In this document: positions 1-14,313 of the stretch, piece by piece
How positions within the stretch are numbered: the stretch's first letter is position 1
How the letters are laid out: every line of letters begins with the position of its first letter
NCBI RefSeq assembly: GCF_009914755.1
Contig: NC_060932.1
Length of the DNA stretch: 64,000 bases
Origin: the human T2T-CHM13v2.0 reference genome, Homo sapiens
Direction: 5' to 3' (one strand)
Position numbers and translations under genes: made by a program
Notes under the pieces: model-generated
What the model saw: the letters and a program-made list of their open reading frames with translations, nothing else
What the model was told of the DNA's origin: nothing
The model's database searches: none

Positions 1-793
1 ATCACATGAGCTAATAAAGACAGAGTCATCTATAATGTCTCTCACACATCTTTTCCTCATCTCTTTGTCCCTGGTTCCCAGCAGAATGTCTGGTACTTTC
101 ATCCATTTATTCATTCAGTCAATATTTATGGCGTATCTGTTGTTTTCCAGGCACGGTACTTTACCCCTTGTGCATACTTAGTGCCTGCCACATAGAAGAT
201 AATCCACTGAATAATTGTTGAAGTAAATTAAGCTTATTTAGAGCCCACCCACCCTAATGAACTGGGTTGTAGATAATACGTTAGCAAAATTCCAGTGGGC
301 CATGCATTCTCAGATATCCTGAGCAAAATGTATCATCTCATATGGAAGCTCATATCACTACCTCAAATCCTCACCATGAAAGCAATTTTAGAGTTCACTT
401 AGACCATTGGATCCCAAATGTGGATCCCTAGGTGATTCTGATGCCAGAGTTGAAACCAGTCCAACCTCCCAACCAAAAATCATCTCCTTGCTACAGCTTC
501 TCCAATGCAATTGGATAGTAGGTTCCAATGCCCTTCACATAATACCCAGCCACCTTACCAGGACCAACAAGGACCCGTAGGATCTGGTCCCTACCTGCTC
601 TCATTGCCTAGTGCTCTGTCCCTCTGCTCACTACACCAGCCACACTGAGCTTCTCTCTGCTCCTGAGTGCACCAAGCTACTTCCAACCTCCAGGCCTTTG
701 TCCTTTCTGGTCCTTCTGATCACTCAGGTCACACCTCAGAGGTTATTGTCTCAGAAATACCTTCTCTAGCCACCCAGTAAAGCACAATCTATT

Positions 794-832
794 ACACACA
801 CACGCACATAAAACACACACACACACACACAC
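794..832. repeat. interrupted (CA)n microsatellite
   Basis: acacacacacgcacataaaacacacacacacacacacaca read directly. Confidence 0.95.
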
Positions 833-973
833 AATACAGTCATTCTTTTACATTCCCTTTTATTGGGACAATGGCACCCATCACTAGCTACAATTACCTT
901 TGTATCTGTCTGTTCACTTATTTATTGTCTGTCTCCACTACTAGGATGGAAATTTCATGAAGGCAGAGATCTT

Positions 974-1285
974 GGCCGGGTGCAGTGGCTCACACCTGTA
1001 ATCCCGGCATCTTGTGAGTCCGAGGCAGGAGGATCACGAGGTCAGGAGTTCAAGACCAGCCTGGCCAAGATGGTGAAACCCTGACTCTACTAAAAATCCA
1101 AAAATTAGCCAGGCGTGGTGGTGGCTGCCTGTAAGCCCAGCTACTCTGGAGGCTGAGGCAGAGAATTGCTTGAATCTGGGAGGCAGAGGTTGCAGTGAGC
1201 CAAAATTGCACCACTGCACTCCAGCCTGGGCAACAGAGTGAGACTCCGTCTCAAAAAAAAAAAAAAAAAAAAGAAAGAAAGAAAA
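974..1285 (+). mobile_element. Full-length AluS (AluSg-like)
   Basis: GGCCGGGTGCAGTGGCTCAC start; GGATCACGAGGTCAGGAGTTC; A/GAAA tail; TSD GCAGAGATCTT at 963-973 and 1289-1299. Confidence 0.97.
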
Positions 1286-1399
1286 CAAGCAGAGATCTTT
1301 CATGTCTTTTTCACTACTGCATCTATGTCTAGTACATAGTAAATGTTTCATGAGCACTAGTTAAATTAATGAATCTGTCAGCAAATCATTCATTGTACT

Positions 1400-1690
1400 A
1401 AGGAAGGTGAACCTTCTACATCTGCTGCATGCCCCTAGTGATGGAGGGAGGCATCTCACCCCCGTTCAAGGCCACTCTATTCCACTGTGGGCCAGTTGAG
1501 ATTATTAGAGAATTTTTCCCAGTGCCAAGCTGTCACCTGCCTCCCTCTTGCCTCCTGCCACTGGCTCTGCTTTAATTCCCTGTAGCTGCCCCCAACAAGC
1601 CTGGTCCTCCTGCATATGACAGTCCTTCAAATATTTGAAGACTGTTAAGTTTCCTCTCTGCCTTCTATTGTCCCAGTGAATGGCTTCCTG
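1400..1690 (-). mobile_element. CR1/L3 LINE relic
   Basis: CATATGACAGTCCTTCAAATATTTGAAGAC and flanks resemble the antisense of the L3 RT C-terminus/3' end. Confidence 0.55.
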
Positions 1691-2049
1691 GAGATGTTGT
1701 CAAGAAACAAGGCTGTGTTTACATTTAATGACTGTGCCCATAAAACACTTCAGCTTCCTGAATCTGTAAACGGCCTGTGTTTTTATTTTCCAGGACAGCT
1801 GCCGACACACTGCCAGGGTGGGGCTTGCACTTGCATTTTCCCCATCTCCGAGCTGTCCCTGGGAAGAGTCCAAGGGTTGTCTTTACAGGCCGTGAGAAAT
1901 ATGCATCTGGAAATATCAATTTCTAAGAAAGGTACTTGTGAGCTCCTTAGAAGAAAAAAGTAAAAAAGGTGTGAGAGAAGAAGGAAGTCCCTACAGCAGC
2001 TCCCTGCAGGAAGGGGGTAATAAAAGAAGCATAGAATAGGTCTTCCTTA

Positions 2050-2385
2050 AAATTTTATCTTTGTCTCCTCCACCTGCTTTCCCCAATCACCCTTTCCAAA
2101 ATAGCACATACGTCCCGCCACCACCACATTGTCGGGCACTTTTTATCCAGTTTCCAAGGCTTCATTTTCTTTACGGCTCATGCTATTTGTCTACTTATTT
2201 GTCTCCTTGTTATCAACTTGTAACTCATATGTTTATTTTGTTTCCCCAAGTAGAATGTAAGCTCCCTAAGGACAGGGAGCTGTCTGTCTTACATGGTATC
2301 TATCCTCAGTAGGAATATATTGCCTGGAGCAATGTTGGTACTTAATAAACAATGAAAGGATGGATGAAAGAATGAATGAATGATT
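2050..2385 (+). mobile_element. L2 3' end
   Basis: TAGAATGTAAGCTCCCTAAGGACAGGGA...GGTACTTAATAAAC...GAATGAATGAATG. Confidence 0.8.
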
Positions 2386-2389
2386 GTAA

Positions 2390-2540
2390 GATCTCAGGCA
2401 GGTCACCTGACCTCTGTGAACCTCAGTTTCCTCTTCTTTAGAATGGGATAGTGGGGAGGAGATAATCTCATCACTAGGCTGTTGTATGGATCAAATCTGA
2501 GGATACCTGGGGAAATGTTTCACCAGCTGTAACTCTGTCA
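2390..2540 (+). mobile_element. MIR SINE
   Basis: core GGCAGGTCACCTGACCTCTGTGAACCTCAGTTTCCTCTTCTTTAGAATGGG. Confidence 0.8.
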
Positions 2541-3925
2541 AATATTCCTGGTCATTGTGTCACACACTGACATAGGGCTGGACTTATAAGCAGGAAAAGC
2601 TAATACTATCCCTTCAGTGTGACTTCAGGGGCCCAAATGACCCCTCGGAAGGTCTCCCTTATTGTTTAACCATCTGAAAATTCCATCATTAGGCATTCCT
2701 TTCAGTAAAGGCATCATGTTCCCACTAGAACAGAAATGCTTTCCTCAGTTTGAAGATGGGAGGGCAGAGATAATGGAGAAGAGATAGCTCACTTTCTCGT
2801 CATCTCAGCTACTCTCCTTTCAGCCCCCGAGTCTTGCTAACTTTTCCAACACTTCAGATGCATGATCCTGGATTACTTTTACTGCCAACAATTTTTGAAA
2901 CAGAGGGATGGACTTCACTATCATCCACCTATCTTTCCAGCCTGGCTTAGGACTTCGGAGACATTTTCCATCTGGCTCTCAGTCATGTCCCAACACACAT
3001 TCCATAGCAGGGGAACTTCAATGTGCAAGTGTTTCCTGTCCTGGTCTTGCCAAAAGAAAACTGGACTCCGAAGATGAGACTCAAGGCAAGGCTTTGGCCC
3101 AGACAGTCCCAGTAGGATTATCACTGTCTGGAAACAGAGGTGGGGTATCCTCCATGCCTTTAGGAGTGGCGGCAAGAAGTAAACGTAGAAGAAACATTAT
3201 ACCAACTCCTCACGGCAATGCCTACCCTCTGGCCAACGCTTCCACCTACTTACTCTTCCTGATACCCTCCCTTCCTCTATCACATTCCAACCTTGATGCA
3301 GTTCATCCCCCAAAACTCATTCACTTATTTAACAGGCAGGGGTTCAGCTCCTGCTCTGAACTGGAAGCATATGTAATCATTGTCCTGAAAGGCCTCAGCA
3401 TCAAGTGCGAGAAACAAAAGAAATGAAAGGGTGCTGCACAGTGTTAGAGGCATCTGTAACCAGGGTGTTAAGGTACTCAGAGGAGGAAAATAGAGGAAGC
3501 TCTTTTAATAAGATTTAGGAATGTCTGGGAATGCTTTTGAGAGGAGGGGGTAAAGTGAGTTTTAAAGAACAAGTGTAAATTAACCCAGAACAAAAGGGAG
3601 GAAGGGCATTGAAACTTGGAGAATAGAATATGCAAAATGAGAGTAGAGCATCTTCAAGGAAGTTCAAGGAGGTTGCTTTGGCTGGAGGGGAGAATGAGTG
3701 AGCCAAAAAGGGCCTAGAGAAGCAAAAAGGGTCAGTTGATGACAGCCTAGTAGAGTAGGCTAAGGGGTTTTGGCTTATATGATAGAATGTCATATCCCTT
3801 TTATCATAAAGAGAGAGCCACTGAAGGAATTTAGAAGTGATCAAAATTGCATTTAGGTTAATTACTGCAGCTATAGTCTGGAGGACACATTCTGAGGAAA
3901 AGGTTCAATAGAAGAGTGAAGAACA

Positions 3926-4253
<328 letters not shown>

Positions 4254-5409
4254 CTATGGTAAAATTCTCCTAAATGGTGGTGACTCCCGAAATAAAGCAG
4301 TGGCAGTTAAGGGGATGGGAGGGCGCTCAGTTTGGGGCATGTTGAGTCCAAGGGTTTTAGAGGCAGATGGACCTGGATCTTTACTTTGGCAGTGCCTTTG
4401 CTTAATGATGTGGCCATGCAAGGCAACAATCTTTCAACCCAGTCACTTGTTCTGGAAAGAAAGGATAGTAAGTTCCACCTTGCCAGGTTGTAAGAATCTG
4501 AGCTACAAATATCAAATGTACAGTACAGAGCCAGACTCACAGTAGGTCCTCAATGATGATAGCCTTTCTGTATATCACAATTCCTGAGGGAGAGAGGACC
4601 ATGATGCTGCATCTGCCAACCATCTGCATCACCAATGCCGAGTACAGCGGTTATAGACTATCCAACGTTGTGTAAGACTCAGAACATCATATCTCCTTCT
4701 AAACTGGTATAGACAAACTTACAAATAAAGTCATTGTCTTAATAAGAAAAACCAACAGGAGCCTGAATGACCGTCAGCCCACAGGTATTTGGGGGATGCC
4801 TTCTGCATGCCTAGCATTGCACTAAAAACTAGGATAGCCCAAAGAGGTACCCAGTGAAACACTGAAGGTAACACTTGACCTCAAGAAGTTTCCCCTCTGG
4901 CTGGGAAAATAAATTAGAAATGCCTGAAACCGTTGAAGAACAATACCTCTTTTCAAGTCTTATCTTAGTGGCTTTCTTTACAACTTTGTCCCTAGTAACC
5001 TTACCCTTCTTCCTGAAACTCACCTCGCCTTTAATTTCCAGGGCCCTACTCTCAACACTGATGGATTTTTTTTTTTTTCATTCTCTCTTCTTGGTTCTTC
5101 TTCCATCTCTCTTTAGTTGTTGGCGATCTCCAGAGTTCCTTGGTACTCTTGTCTTACTGCACATAGCTCCCTGAGCCACACACCCAGATCCATGGCTTCA
5201 GCTACCCAGACCTCTGTACTGAGCTCAGTGCTAACCTGCTACACTACCTTCCAGGTAACAGCTCCTGGGTACCCCCACACACAGGCCAGACATAACATCT
5301 TCAATGCAGAACCCATTGTTTTCCCTTCAAACCTATTCCTCCTTCAGGCCGTACCTGAGTTAATGATATTACTATCCAATTAGCTGCCCAAGTTCTGTTT
5401 GCTAAGTGA

Positions 5410-5665
5410 TTGTAACACAGTGATTAAAAGCACAAGTGCTAGAACTGAGCTGTCTGTTTTCAGATTCCAGTTCTTCTCATTTACCCCGTGACCTGCTGGT
5501 TATTAAATATCTCTGTGCTTCACTTTCCTCACCTATAAAACAAGTACTTCAATAGTGCCTACTGTATTGAGTTGTTGTAAAGATAGAATAAGTTAATATT
5601 TATATAAAGTGCATCAAACAGTGTCTGGCACATCATAAGTAATATAAAGGGTTTTATTATTATTA
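5410..5665 (+). mobile_element. MIR SINE
   Basis: CTCTGTGCTTCACTTTCCTCACCTATAAAA...ACAGTGTCTGGCACATCATAAGT. Confidence 0.8.
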
Positions 5666-6446
5666 TTTTCGATTTCTCCTACTCCCTCAAACCTCTGCAA
5701 ATGGTTTGCCCTCACCTTCAGTAAATTCGTCCTATCAGGAATCTCACTTCTCCATCCCAATTGCTGCTGCCTGTGTTCAGGCCTTCATGATCTATGACAG
5801 ACATTTTCAAAGCCACATCTACCCAGTTCATGTCCCCAGAGTTGAGGCCCTGGTGACTTCCAGGTGATGCTCACATATCTAATGCCAAGACTTAGCTCTC
5901 AGATTCTGTGGTTCCAGAACCCTGGTGTCCACTCCAGGGCAGCATGAGTTCATGTAGAGTCAGCGAAGTTTCCCCCTCCACACTCACACTCCCCACCCAC
6001 AAAATTCCACTATCTCTTCAGCATTCCTCCTACTTTGCATTCCTTTCTTCAGTCCTTACTTATTTCCTGGTCCCTTTTAGTCCACAGACAGGTAGGAAGC
6101 CACAAGCAGCCTGGCCTTTTGACTCTCCACTTGTTCTCCCCTAGGGTCCCTCCTTCTGGATTGATAAGGGTGGGAACATTCAAGCTACCGATAAGACCTC
6201 TGCACCCAGCTCCTGTCCCTCCACTCCCTACGGCTCAGCTTTGAAGTTCCAAAAACCCTGCCTCTGTGACCTGATTGTGTTATCTTCATAACCAAGGTGA
6301 GAAAACAGAGAATCACTTTATGGTTTCCTGTAAGCAGCCTTCTCCAAAGCCATGATTTCCTATAATGGGGGTGGAAGAAGATCTGGGGTTTCTCAGAAAT
6401 TACAGCACTATCTGGCACAGGGTAGGTGCTCTAGGAGCTGTTAGAG

Positions 6447-6663
6447 CAGTGGTTCTCAACCAGAGGCGATCTTGCTCCCCAGGTGACATTTGGCAAATTC
6501 TGGAGACATTTCTGATTATTATAACTTGGGGGATGAGTGCTGAAGGCATCCAGTGGATAGTGGCCAGGGATGTTCCCAAGTGTCCTGCAATGCATAGAAC
6601 AGTCTAGCAAGCAAAGAATTATCTGGCTCAACACATCAATAGTACTGAGGTTCAGAAACGCTG
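6447..6663 (+). mobile_element. MER20 (hAT-Charlie DNA transposon), full length
   Basis: termini CAGTGGTTCTCAACC / GGTTCAGAAACGCTG; internal GACATTTGGCAAATTCTGGAGACATTT matches the recalled MER20 consensus; 217 bp. Confidence 0.92.
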
Positions 6664-7619
6664 GTTTAGAAAATGGAGAGAAGAGGAATGGAAAGAGAGA
6701 AAGATACTTCCATGAATATAAAGAGTGAGGCACCATGGCATTTTTGCTCTGCTGCTCTTTTAATCTTCACGTATCCACACTTCAAAGAGATGTCAAAAAT
6801 CCGTCATGGTTCTAAACAGTATACAGGAAAAGTAAGATCTATTTGTCTCCTTGTTTTACATGAGCTGACAAACTCACTTGAGAGAGGGCACAAATTCATG
6901 GTTCATGGTGCCCAGAGACCTTATAGGTCCTGGCTGGGTAGCTAAGCAGCTGGCATGTTAGGGCAAGTTGCCTCAGTGGGCTTATCTACAAAGTGGGCAG
7001 AGGGGCTTAGGGTTCCCTTGGGAACAGTGAATTCTCTGATACCTTAGAAAAGGAAGGGCTGACATCAGCAAGAGCTGGAGGACCTCAGGGAGGAGGGCAG
7101 GTGGGCTGGATTGTGCACTGGCCTTGGAAAGAAGAGATATCTGAGCCCAGGACAGCAAGGGGTGAACAGAATTCAATAAATCGAGGTGGGAAAGAGGGTT
7201 TTAAGAGAACCACACAAGCAAAGCCTTGAAGTAGAGATAAAATGTGTGTCTGACCCATTGTAGTTGCTCATAAATGCCGGCTCCTTCACCCTTAAGAAAA
7301 CTGAGGTGAGCAGATGAAGCTTACTCTACTGGGACCCAACCCTAGTTAGACCACCTGACAGCGTCCTTAGTTACGGAAACCTTAGGGCCTTCAGTGATAC
7401 TTCAGAAGGGGAGAACTGGGAGAAAGCACCAGGACCATCTACTTGAGTGATTCAACACATTTTCTGGTAGGAAAACCCCTTTCCAGGATAATTTCCTCAA
7501 AATTATACTGTTTTTTAATAGGATCAGTTTATTGGGAAAACACATAATGGCAATAATTTAAGAAGCTCTATAAAGTGTAAGTGAATGTGTTTTAGTCTTC
7601 TCAAATGCTGTTTATGTAC

Positions 7620-8285
7620 TTTTTTTTCTTTTAATAGACATTTTTAGAGCAGTTTTAGGTTCACAGCAAAATTGGGCTGAAAGTACAGAGATTTCCCGTA
7701 TACCCCCAGCCCCCACAAATTCCCAGCTTCCCCCATTATCAGCATCCCCCAGCAGATTGTTTCATGTGTTACAATTGAACCTACATTGACACATCATTAT
7801 CACCCAGAGCCCATTATCACCGAGAACCCATTAGGGTTCACTCTTGGTATGGTACATTTTATGGGTTTGGACAAATGTATATTGACATGTATCCATCATT
7901 ATAGTATCCTACAGAGAAGTTTCACTGCCCTAAACATCTTCTGTCCTCTACCTCCCTCCCTCCTGACCCCTGCACACCATTGATTTTTTACTGTCTCCAT
8001 AAGTTTTGCCTTTTCCAGAATGTCATATGTTTGGAATCATATAGTTTGTAGACTTTTCAGATTGGATTGTTTCACTTGGTAATATGCACTGAAGGTTCTT
8101 CCATGACTTTTTATGGTTTGTAGCTCATTTATGTTTAGTGCTGAATAATATTGCATTTTCTGGATGGACCACAGTTTATGTATCCATTCACCTACTTAAG
8201 GACATCTTCCAAGTTTTGGAAATTGTGAATAAAGCTGCTATAAACATCTGTGTTCAAGTTTTTGTGTGGATGTAAGTTTTCATCT
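7620..8285 (-). mobile_element. L1MC-type LINE-1 3' UTR fragment
   Basis: poly(T), then TTTTTAGAGCAGTTTTAGGTTCACAGCAAAATTG...TGTGAATAAAGCTGCTATAAACATC. Confidence 0.88.
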
Positions 8286-10958
8286 ATATGCTGAGAAATG
8301 GCCATGGACATGGGAGGCAACGTGTGTTGTGGTCTCTGGACAATGTTCAGAAGAGAAACAGATGGATTAGTTTCCTGGAGAGATTCTGCAGGCTCCTTGG
8401 ACTCTTGGCTCTTAAAAAGTGATAGCTAGAGAAACACATCATGTAGCAGATCATGCAAACCAAGCTTCAAGAGGGAAGATGACTTCTCAAACACCCAGAG
8501 TTCTTTACTGACAGATTCAAGATGATAGCCCTGGGTCCCCACCTGCCTGCTGGCTTCTACCTCTGCTGCTTTCAGATACCGTTATCTAAATCTCAATGTC
8601 CTTCTCTAGATTAGGGGCACGTCACATCCACCCAGAAGTACCCATCAGTACGACTGTTTCTATGTCATACTATTCAGTGGAGTTGAAGAAGAGTCACACA
8701 ACTTTTCCAAACAGTTAAGTCCCAGAAGGACTTTGCTAGACCTGAGGCAGTGAAGCATGATGACACAGACCCTGAAGTCAGATTCAATCCTTTGCTTAAC
8801 AAATATTTTGGAATGTCTACTTATGCCAGACATCATTCTAGGAGCAGGGTTACAGGAGTGAGTAGGGTGACTTATGACCCCTGATCTCCTGGCTGCCACT
8901 TACTGGTCAAGTGGCCTTGAAATATCATTCAACGTCTCTGAGTGTTAGTTTCTTCATTTGCAAAATGAGATTTTTATTTTAAAAACTACCCTAAAACAGA
9001 ACTGAGACAACATCTGCACATCTCTCAGTCGGCTGCCTGGGACATGGTGAGCATGCAGTACAAGTTACCTACTGATGTCGCCAGGCTAAGGCAGAGCCCT
9101 GGGGCTGTCCAGATAGAGATTTATGTTAAAACTCTGGGACAAGTGGATCTTTTGCCTGACCTCTACCATTAAATGACAACAAGATTGAAAGCAGGTGCCT
9201 TTTCTCCATGTAGGTGCTTATCCACCAGTACATGCCCTTCCTTCTCCCAACCTCTATGCAATGGCCTCAAGGAAAAAATCAAAATAAACCTTTTTCCTAG
9301 AAGCCAGCTGACCCTTCCTTTGTTTATTAAATATTCCTTAATTGTGAGTGCCACCTGTCCATTGGAACTCCACTTGTCTCTAACATGGTTACAGTGGTCA
9401 GGACACCTGAGCCTCCTTAACTGCAGCTCAGAGTCCTTGACTCCTTCTAGGTCAACCTCTCAGCTTCAACATTTACAGGCAGACCTACAAAGGGACTAAG
9501 ATTTAGCCTGAAGCTGCTACACCTTTGACCTTTGCAATTGTTTGCGTTTCAAATTCAGTTTTCCAAGACATTGGAAAAAAACACAAAAAAACCCTCCTTC
9601 TATTAATTGAGCAGTGGGTCTCCCAAGGCCTAGGCTAATGGAGCACTCAATAGCTTCTTCATCAGATGAAGTCTGCCCCCCTTTCTGCTTGAGATTCTTG
9701 TACCCATAGAGAAGTCTTGTTTTGTGTATTCTAAGTGGTTATGAAGGTCATGAAGAATCAATGAGGCCTTCATAAAGCCTCTGGGCTTCCTTTGTCGTGG
9801 TACCAAGGTCCCCTGAAATTATTGGCTTGACTTTCACCTGAAGATTTTCAGCAATAGTCTGGCCAAAGGCTTAAGGCATAGCTAACACCTGGTCAATGGT
9901 CCTTAGAAAGCCACTGAAGAGGCCCTACTAGGTGGTCTTAAGAGGGCAAGCATCTTAATGGCAGCTGACAGTTTGGTTCTGTGCAAAATGAGGTCACAGA
10001 CCCCAGGAGAACAAGAACAAATCTCTGTGTTCAGAGAAGGTTGAAGGACACTCTCAGCACATGTGAAGAGGAAAGTTTAAGGAGGACAGTGAGTTGAAGC
10101 TTTGGAGATAAGTATGGAATTACAGAAGTTCACGGCTTCCTAACCCCGGGAGAGGAAAGATAGAAGCCAGAAAATGCTCCAGGGAAGTTATTAACAAACC
10201 CAGTCTTCAAGAGTCTAGTGGCCTTCATTGTCTTTGAAGTTTCTCCTTCACCTACAGGGTCAGGTCCAAATTCTTCAGCCTGGCTTTTGAAATCTTTCAG
10301 AGTCTGACCCCAATGTAGGGAACAACTTCTGATGGCAAAAGTTTAGGAACAAGATTATAGCACCCAAAGTGGGGAAGCCAAATTTGAAGTAAAACCTTCA
10401 TATTTTACAGTTCTGAATGTTCAGGTAAGTTACAAATTGCAACCTTATAAGATGGGTCTTATAATTATTTGTTAGAGAAAGAAACAGAGGCCCAGAGAGA
10501 TTAACTGGATTTTAGGACTCATGTGATAGAAAAAGGCAGAACTGGGGCTAGAGCAAGAGTCTGCTTCCTGAATCTTGGTTGAAGCATGGGCTCCTGGTAT
10601 TATGCCACCCCTGCCTCTTCCATCCTTAGGACATTCTAGAGACACACTCTGCAAGGCTCCTTTAATCACTTTATACACTTTTGAAAGTTTCTGCTAATTA
10701 AAGTCTTGAGCTTCCCTTATTCTATGCTGAGATGCTGTGTCCCTCTTTGCATTCATCTGCTGTCCATGTTTGACTCATTAAATATTCATCGGACAGAGTA
10801 TGCAGGAGAATGATCTTCCTCAGATCATCTTCCCTTTCTGTCCTCTCCTGAGAGAATTTTCACTTATTCTGTCAATTTTACTTTGTATTGTCTTTTCCCT
10901 AACCATAAACCAAACTTCAGCTTACAAAAGCCTACTAAACAAGGCTCAGAGGGGATGT

Positions 10959-11018
10959 TACACACACACAGCATATATATATACGTACATATATGTATAT
11001 ACACTTACATACATACAG
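10959..11018. repeat. (CA)/(TA) low-complexity alternating purine-pyrimidine tract
   Basis: strict RY alternation over 10971-11004. Confidence 0.85.
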
Positions 11019-11309
11019 AGCGAGAGAGGGCAAATCCCAAAGTCAGAGTGCATATGTCATCAACTGTAAATCATAAGCCCGACCCCCTGACTTCCTGACT
11101 TGAAAGTCAACTCCAACACACATGAGAAGGAGCCTTCCATAGTCAACAGACTGGGAAAGTTGGGAAGCAATTCTCTTTCTCCATTCTTCAAAACAGCCTG
11201 GAGGTGGGGGGTAAATATTTGGGAAGGAATGAGGGAAAAATGCAATAATGATAGAAACAAACTTAGGTGTTTTTCTTTTCATCCTCAAAGACATCTCAGT
11301 TTGGGTGAT

Positions 11310-12020
<711 letters not shown>

Positions 12021-12528
12021 TTCCACATGGGGTCCTTGAGTTTCAGAGAGGTTCAGGAGAGCCTGCCAAACACACTGAGCAGCCTTGAGGGGAGGCCAGG
12101 CTGGCCCCCCCAGGCTTCCAAAGAGTAGATCGACATCAAGGTTGGATTTCATATGCCCGGAACAAGAGCAATTTAGGCCCCAGGAGCCAGAGGAAAAGCC
12201 AAGCCAAAGGCTACTGGATAGAGAAAACTGAAATTTGAATCCCAAAAAGACCAGCGAGGCCAGAGGCAGAAATCAAAGTTGAGTTGCAAAGCCAGAAAGT
12301 GTTTAAAAAAAAAGAAAAAAAGAAGTGAAGAATTGGATGAATAAAATAAGAGCAGTTCAAGAGGGGCTATGGGAAAGGGTCTAAGAAAAATTGGCCCAGA
12401 CCCTAGAGGGAGTACCTGGGTCATCATTAGAGATTAGTGGGTGTGTAGTATGTCTGTGGATTGGCTTGGCTTAAAGAGGCAGGAGCAAGAACTTTCCAGA
12501 AGAGTGAGAAGGAAAACTCATAGCTGAC

Positions 12529-12996
12529 CGTTATAGATTGAATTGTGTCCCCTCAAAATGTATATGCTGAAGTCTTAACCCCCAGTACTCCAGAATGTGA
12601 ACTTACCTGGAAATAAGCATATTGCAGATATAATTAGTTAATCTAAGACGAGGTCATACTGGAGTAAAATAGACCCCTAATTCAACATGACTGGTGTCTT
12701 TACAAAAGAGGAAATTTGGACACAGACACGCACACAGAAAGACCAGCTTATAAAGATGAAGGCAGAGGTTGGGGTGACGAGTCTACAAGCCACAGCATGC
12801 CAGTGACTGCCAGCAAACCAGCAGAAGCTAGGCAGGGGGCATGGAATAGGTTCATCCTCAATTTTAGAGGGAGCATAGCCATTCAACATCTTGCTCTTGG
12901 ACTTCTGTCCTCCAGAATGGGAAGAAAATAAATCTCTCTTGTCCAAGCCACCGAGTTTGCAGTACTTTATTCTACTAGCCCTAGCAAACAAATACT
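12529..12996 (+). mobile_element. MLT1C MaLR solo LTR
   Basis: GTTATAGATTGAATTGTGTCCCCTCAAAA...AATAAATCTCTCTTGTCCAAGCCAC...GCCCTAGCAAACAAATAC; ~468 bp. Confidence 0.9.
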
Positions 12997-13200
12997 CTAT
13001 GATGCTATAGAGGCAGCATCAAGGGGAATATTGCATCAAGGGACAATGGGAGCACAGTGATGTTGCTTTCTGTTCACACCCCATGAATCCAGCTTGTTCA
13101 GCACCCTGGATATCAAAAAATGATATATTTATTAAATTTATAATCTGGGCCTTTGAGTGAGTGAAAGGACATGTAACAAATATAAAAGAAGGGCTAAGTG

Positions 13201-14313
13201 CTAGAAGAAAACCTAGGCAATACCATTCAGGACATAGGCATGGGCAAAGACTTCATGACTAAAACACCAAAAGCAATTTCAACAAAAGCCAAAATTGACA
13301 AATGAGATCTAATTAAACTAAAGAGCTTCTGCACAGCAAATAAACTACCATCAGAGTGAACAGGCAACCTACAGAACAGGAGAAAATTTTTACAATCTAC
13401 CCATCTGACAAAGGGCTAATATCCAGAATCTACAAAGAACTTACACAAATTAACAAGAAAAAAAAAAAACTCCATCAAAAAGTGGGCAAAGGATATGAAC
13501 AGACACTTCTCAAAAGAAGACATTTATGCAGCCAATAGACATATGAAAAAATGTTCTTCATCACTGGTCATCAGAGAAATGCAAATCAAAACCACAATGA
13601 GATACCATCTCATGCCAGTTAGAATGGCAATCATTAAAAAGTCAGGAAACAACAGATGCTGGAGATGATGTGGAGAAATAGGAATGCTTTTACACTGTTG
13701 GTGGGAGTGAAAACTAGTTCAACCATTGTTGAAGACAGTGTGGTGATTCCTCAAGGATCTAGAACTAGAAATACCATTTGACCCAGCGATCCCATTACTG
13801 GGTATATACCCAAAGGATTATAAATCATGCTACTATAAAGACACATGCACACGTGTTTTTATTGCAGAACTATTCACAATAGCAAAGACTTGGAACCAAC
13901 CCAAATGTCCATCAATGATAGACTGGCTTAAGAAAATGTGGCACATGTACAGTGATAGACTGGATTAAGAAAATGTGGCACATATACACCATAGAATACT
14001 ATGCAGCCATAAAAAGGATGAGTTCATGTCCTTTGCAGGGGCATGGATGAAGCATCATTCTAAGCAAACAATCACAAGGACAGAAAACCAAACACCGCAT
14101 GTCCTCACTCATAGGTGGGAGTTGAACAACGAGAACACATGGACACAGGGCGGTGGGGGGCTGGGGGAGGAATAGCATTAGGAGAAATGCCAAATGTAAA
14201 TGACGAGTTGATGGGTGCAGCAAACAAACATGGCACATGTATACCTATGTAACAAATCTGCATGTTCTGCACATTTACCCTAGAATTTAAAGTATAATTT
14301 TAAAAAAACAAAA
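13201..14313 (+). mobile_element. 5'-truncated L1PA (PA6-8-like): end of ORF2 plus 3' UTR
   Basis: ORF2 C-terminal cysteine-rich coding region (AACAGATGCTGGAG...TACACTGTTGGTGGGAG); G-rich 3' UTR; poly(A); TSD AAAAGAAGGGCTAAGTG (13184-13200) / AAAAGAAGGGCTGGGTG (14314-14330). Confidence 0.97.

Larger units (their letters stand above)
520..1375 (+). mobile_element. L2 LINE 3' region, split by a (CA)n tract and an Alu
   Basis: L2 3'-end-like text CTAGGATGGAAATTTCATGAAGGCAGAGATCTT|TCATGTCTTTTTCACTACTGCATC...TAATGAAT on both sides of the Alu. Confidence 0.7.

Noticed and set aside
1625-1640. Perfect 16-bp palindrome CTTCAAATATTTGAAG
   Set aside because: Appears to be part of the CR1/L3 consensus (FKYLK coding), so it needs no other explanation.
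7793-7835. 17-bp tandem duplication CATTATCACCCAGAGCC/CATTATCACCGAGAACC in L1MC; similar small duplications at 20126-20172 and ~37309-37329
   Set aside because: Ordinary slippage events inside dead repeats.
10971-11004. 34-bp alternating purine-pyrimidine tract as Z-DNA
   Set aside because: Mostly AT steps, which disfavour Z-DNA; simple low-complexity repeat.
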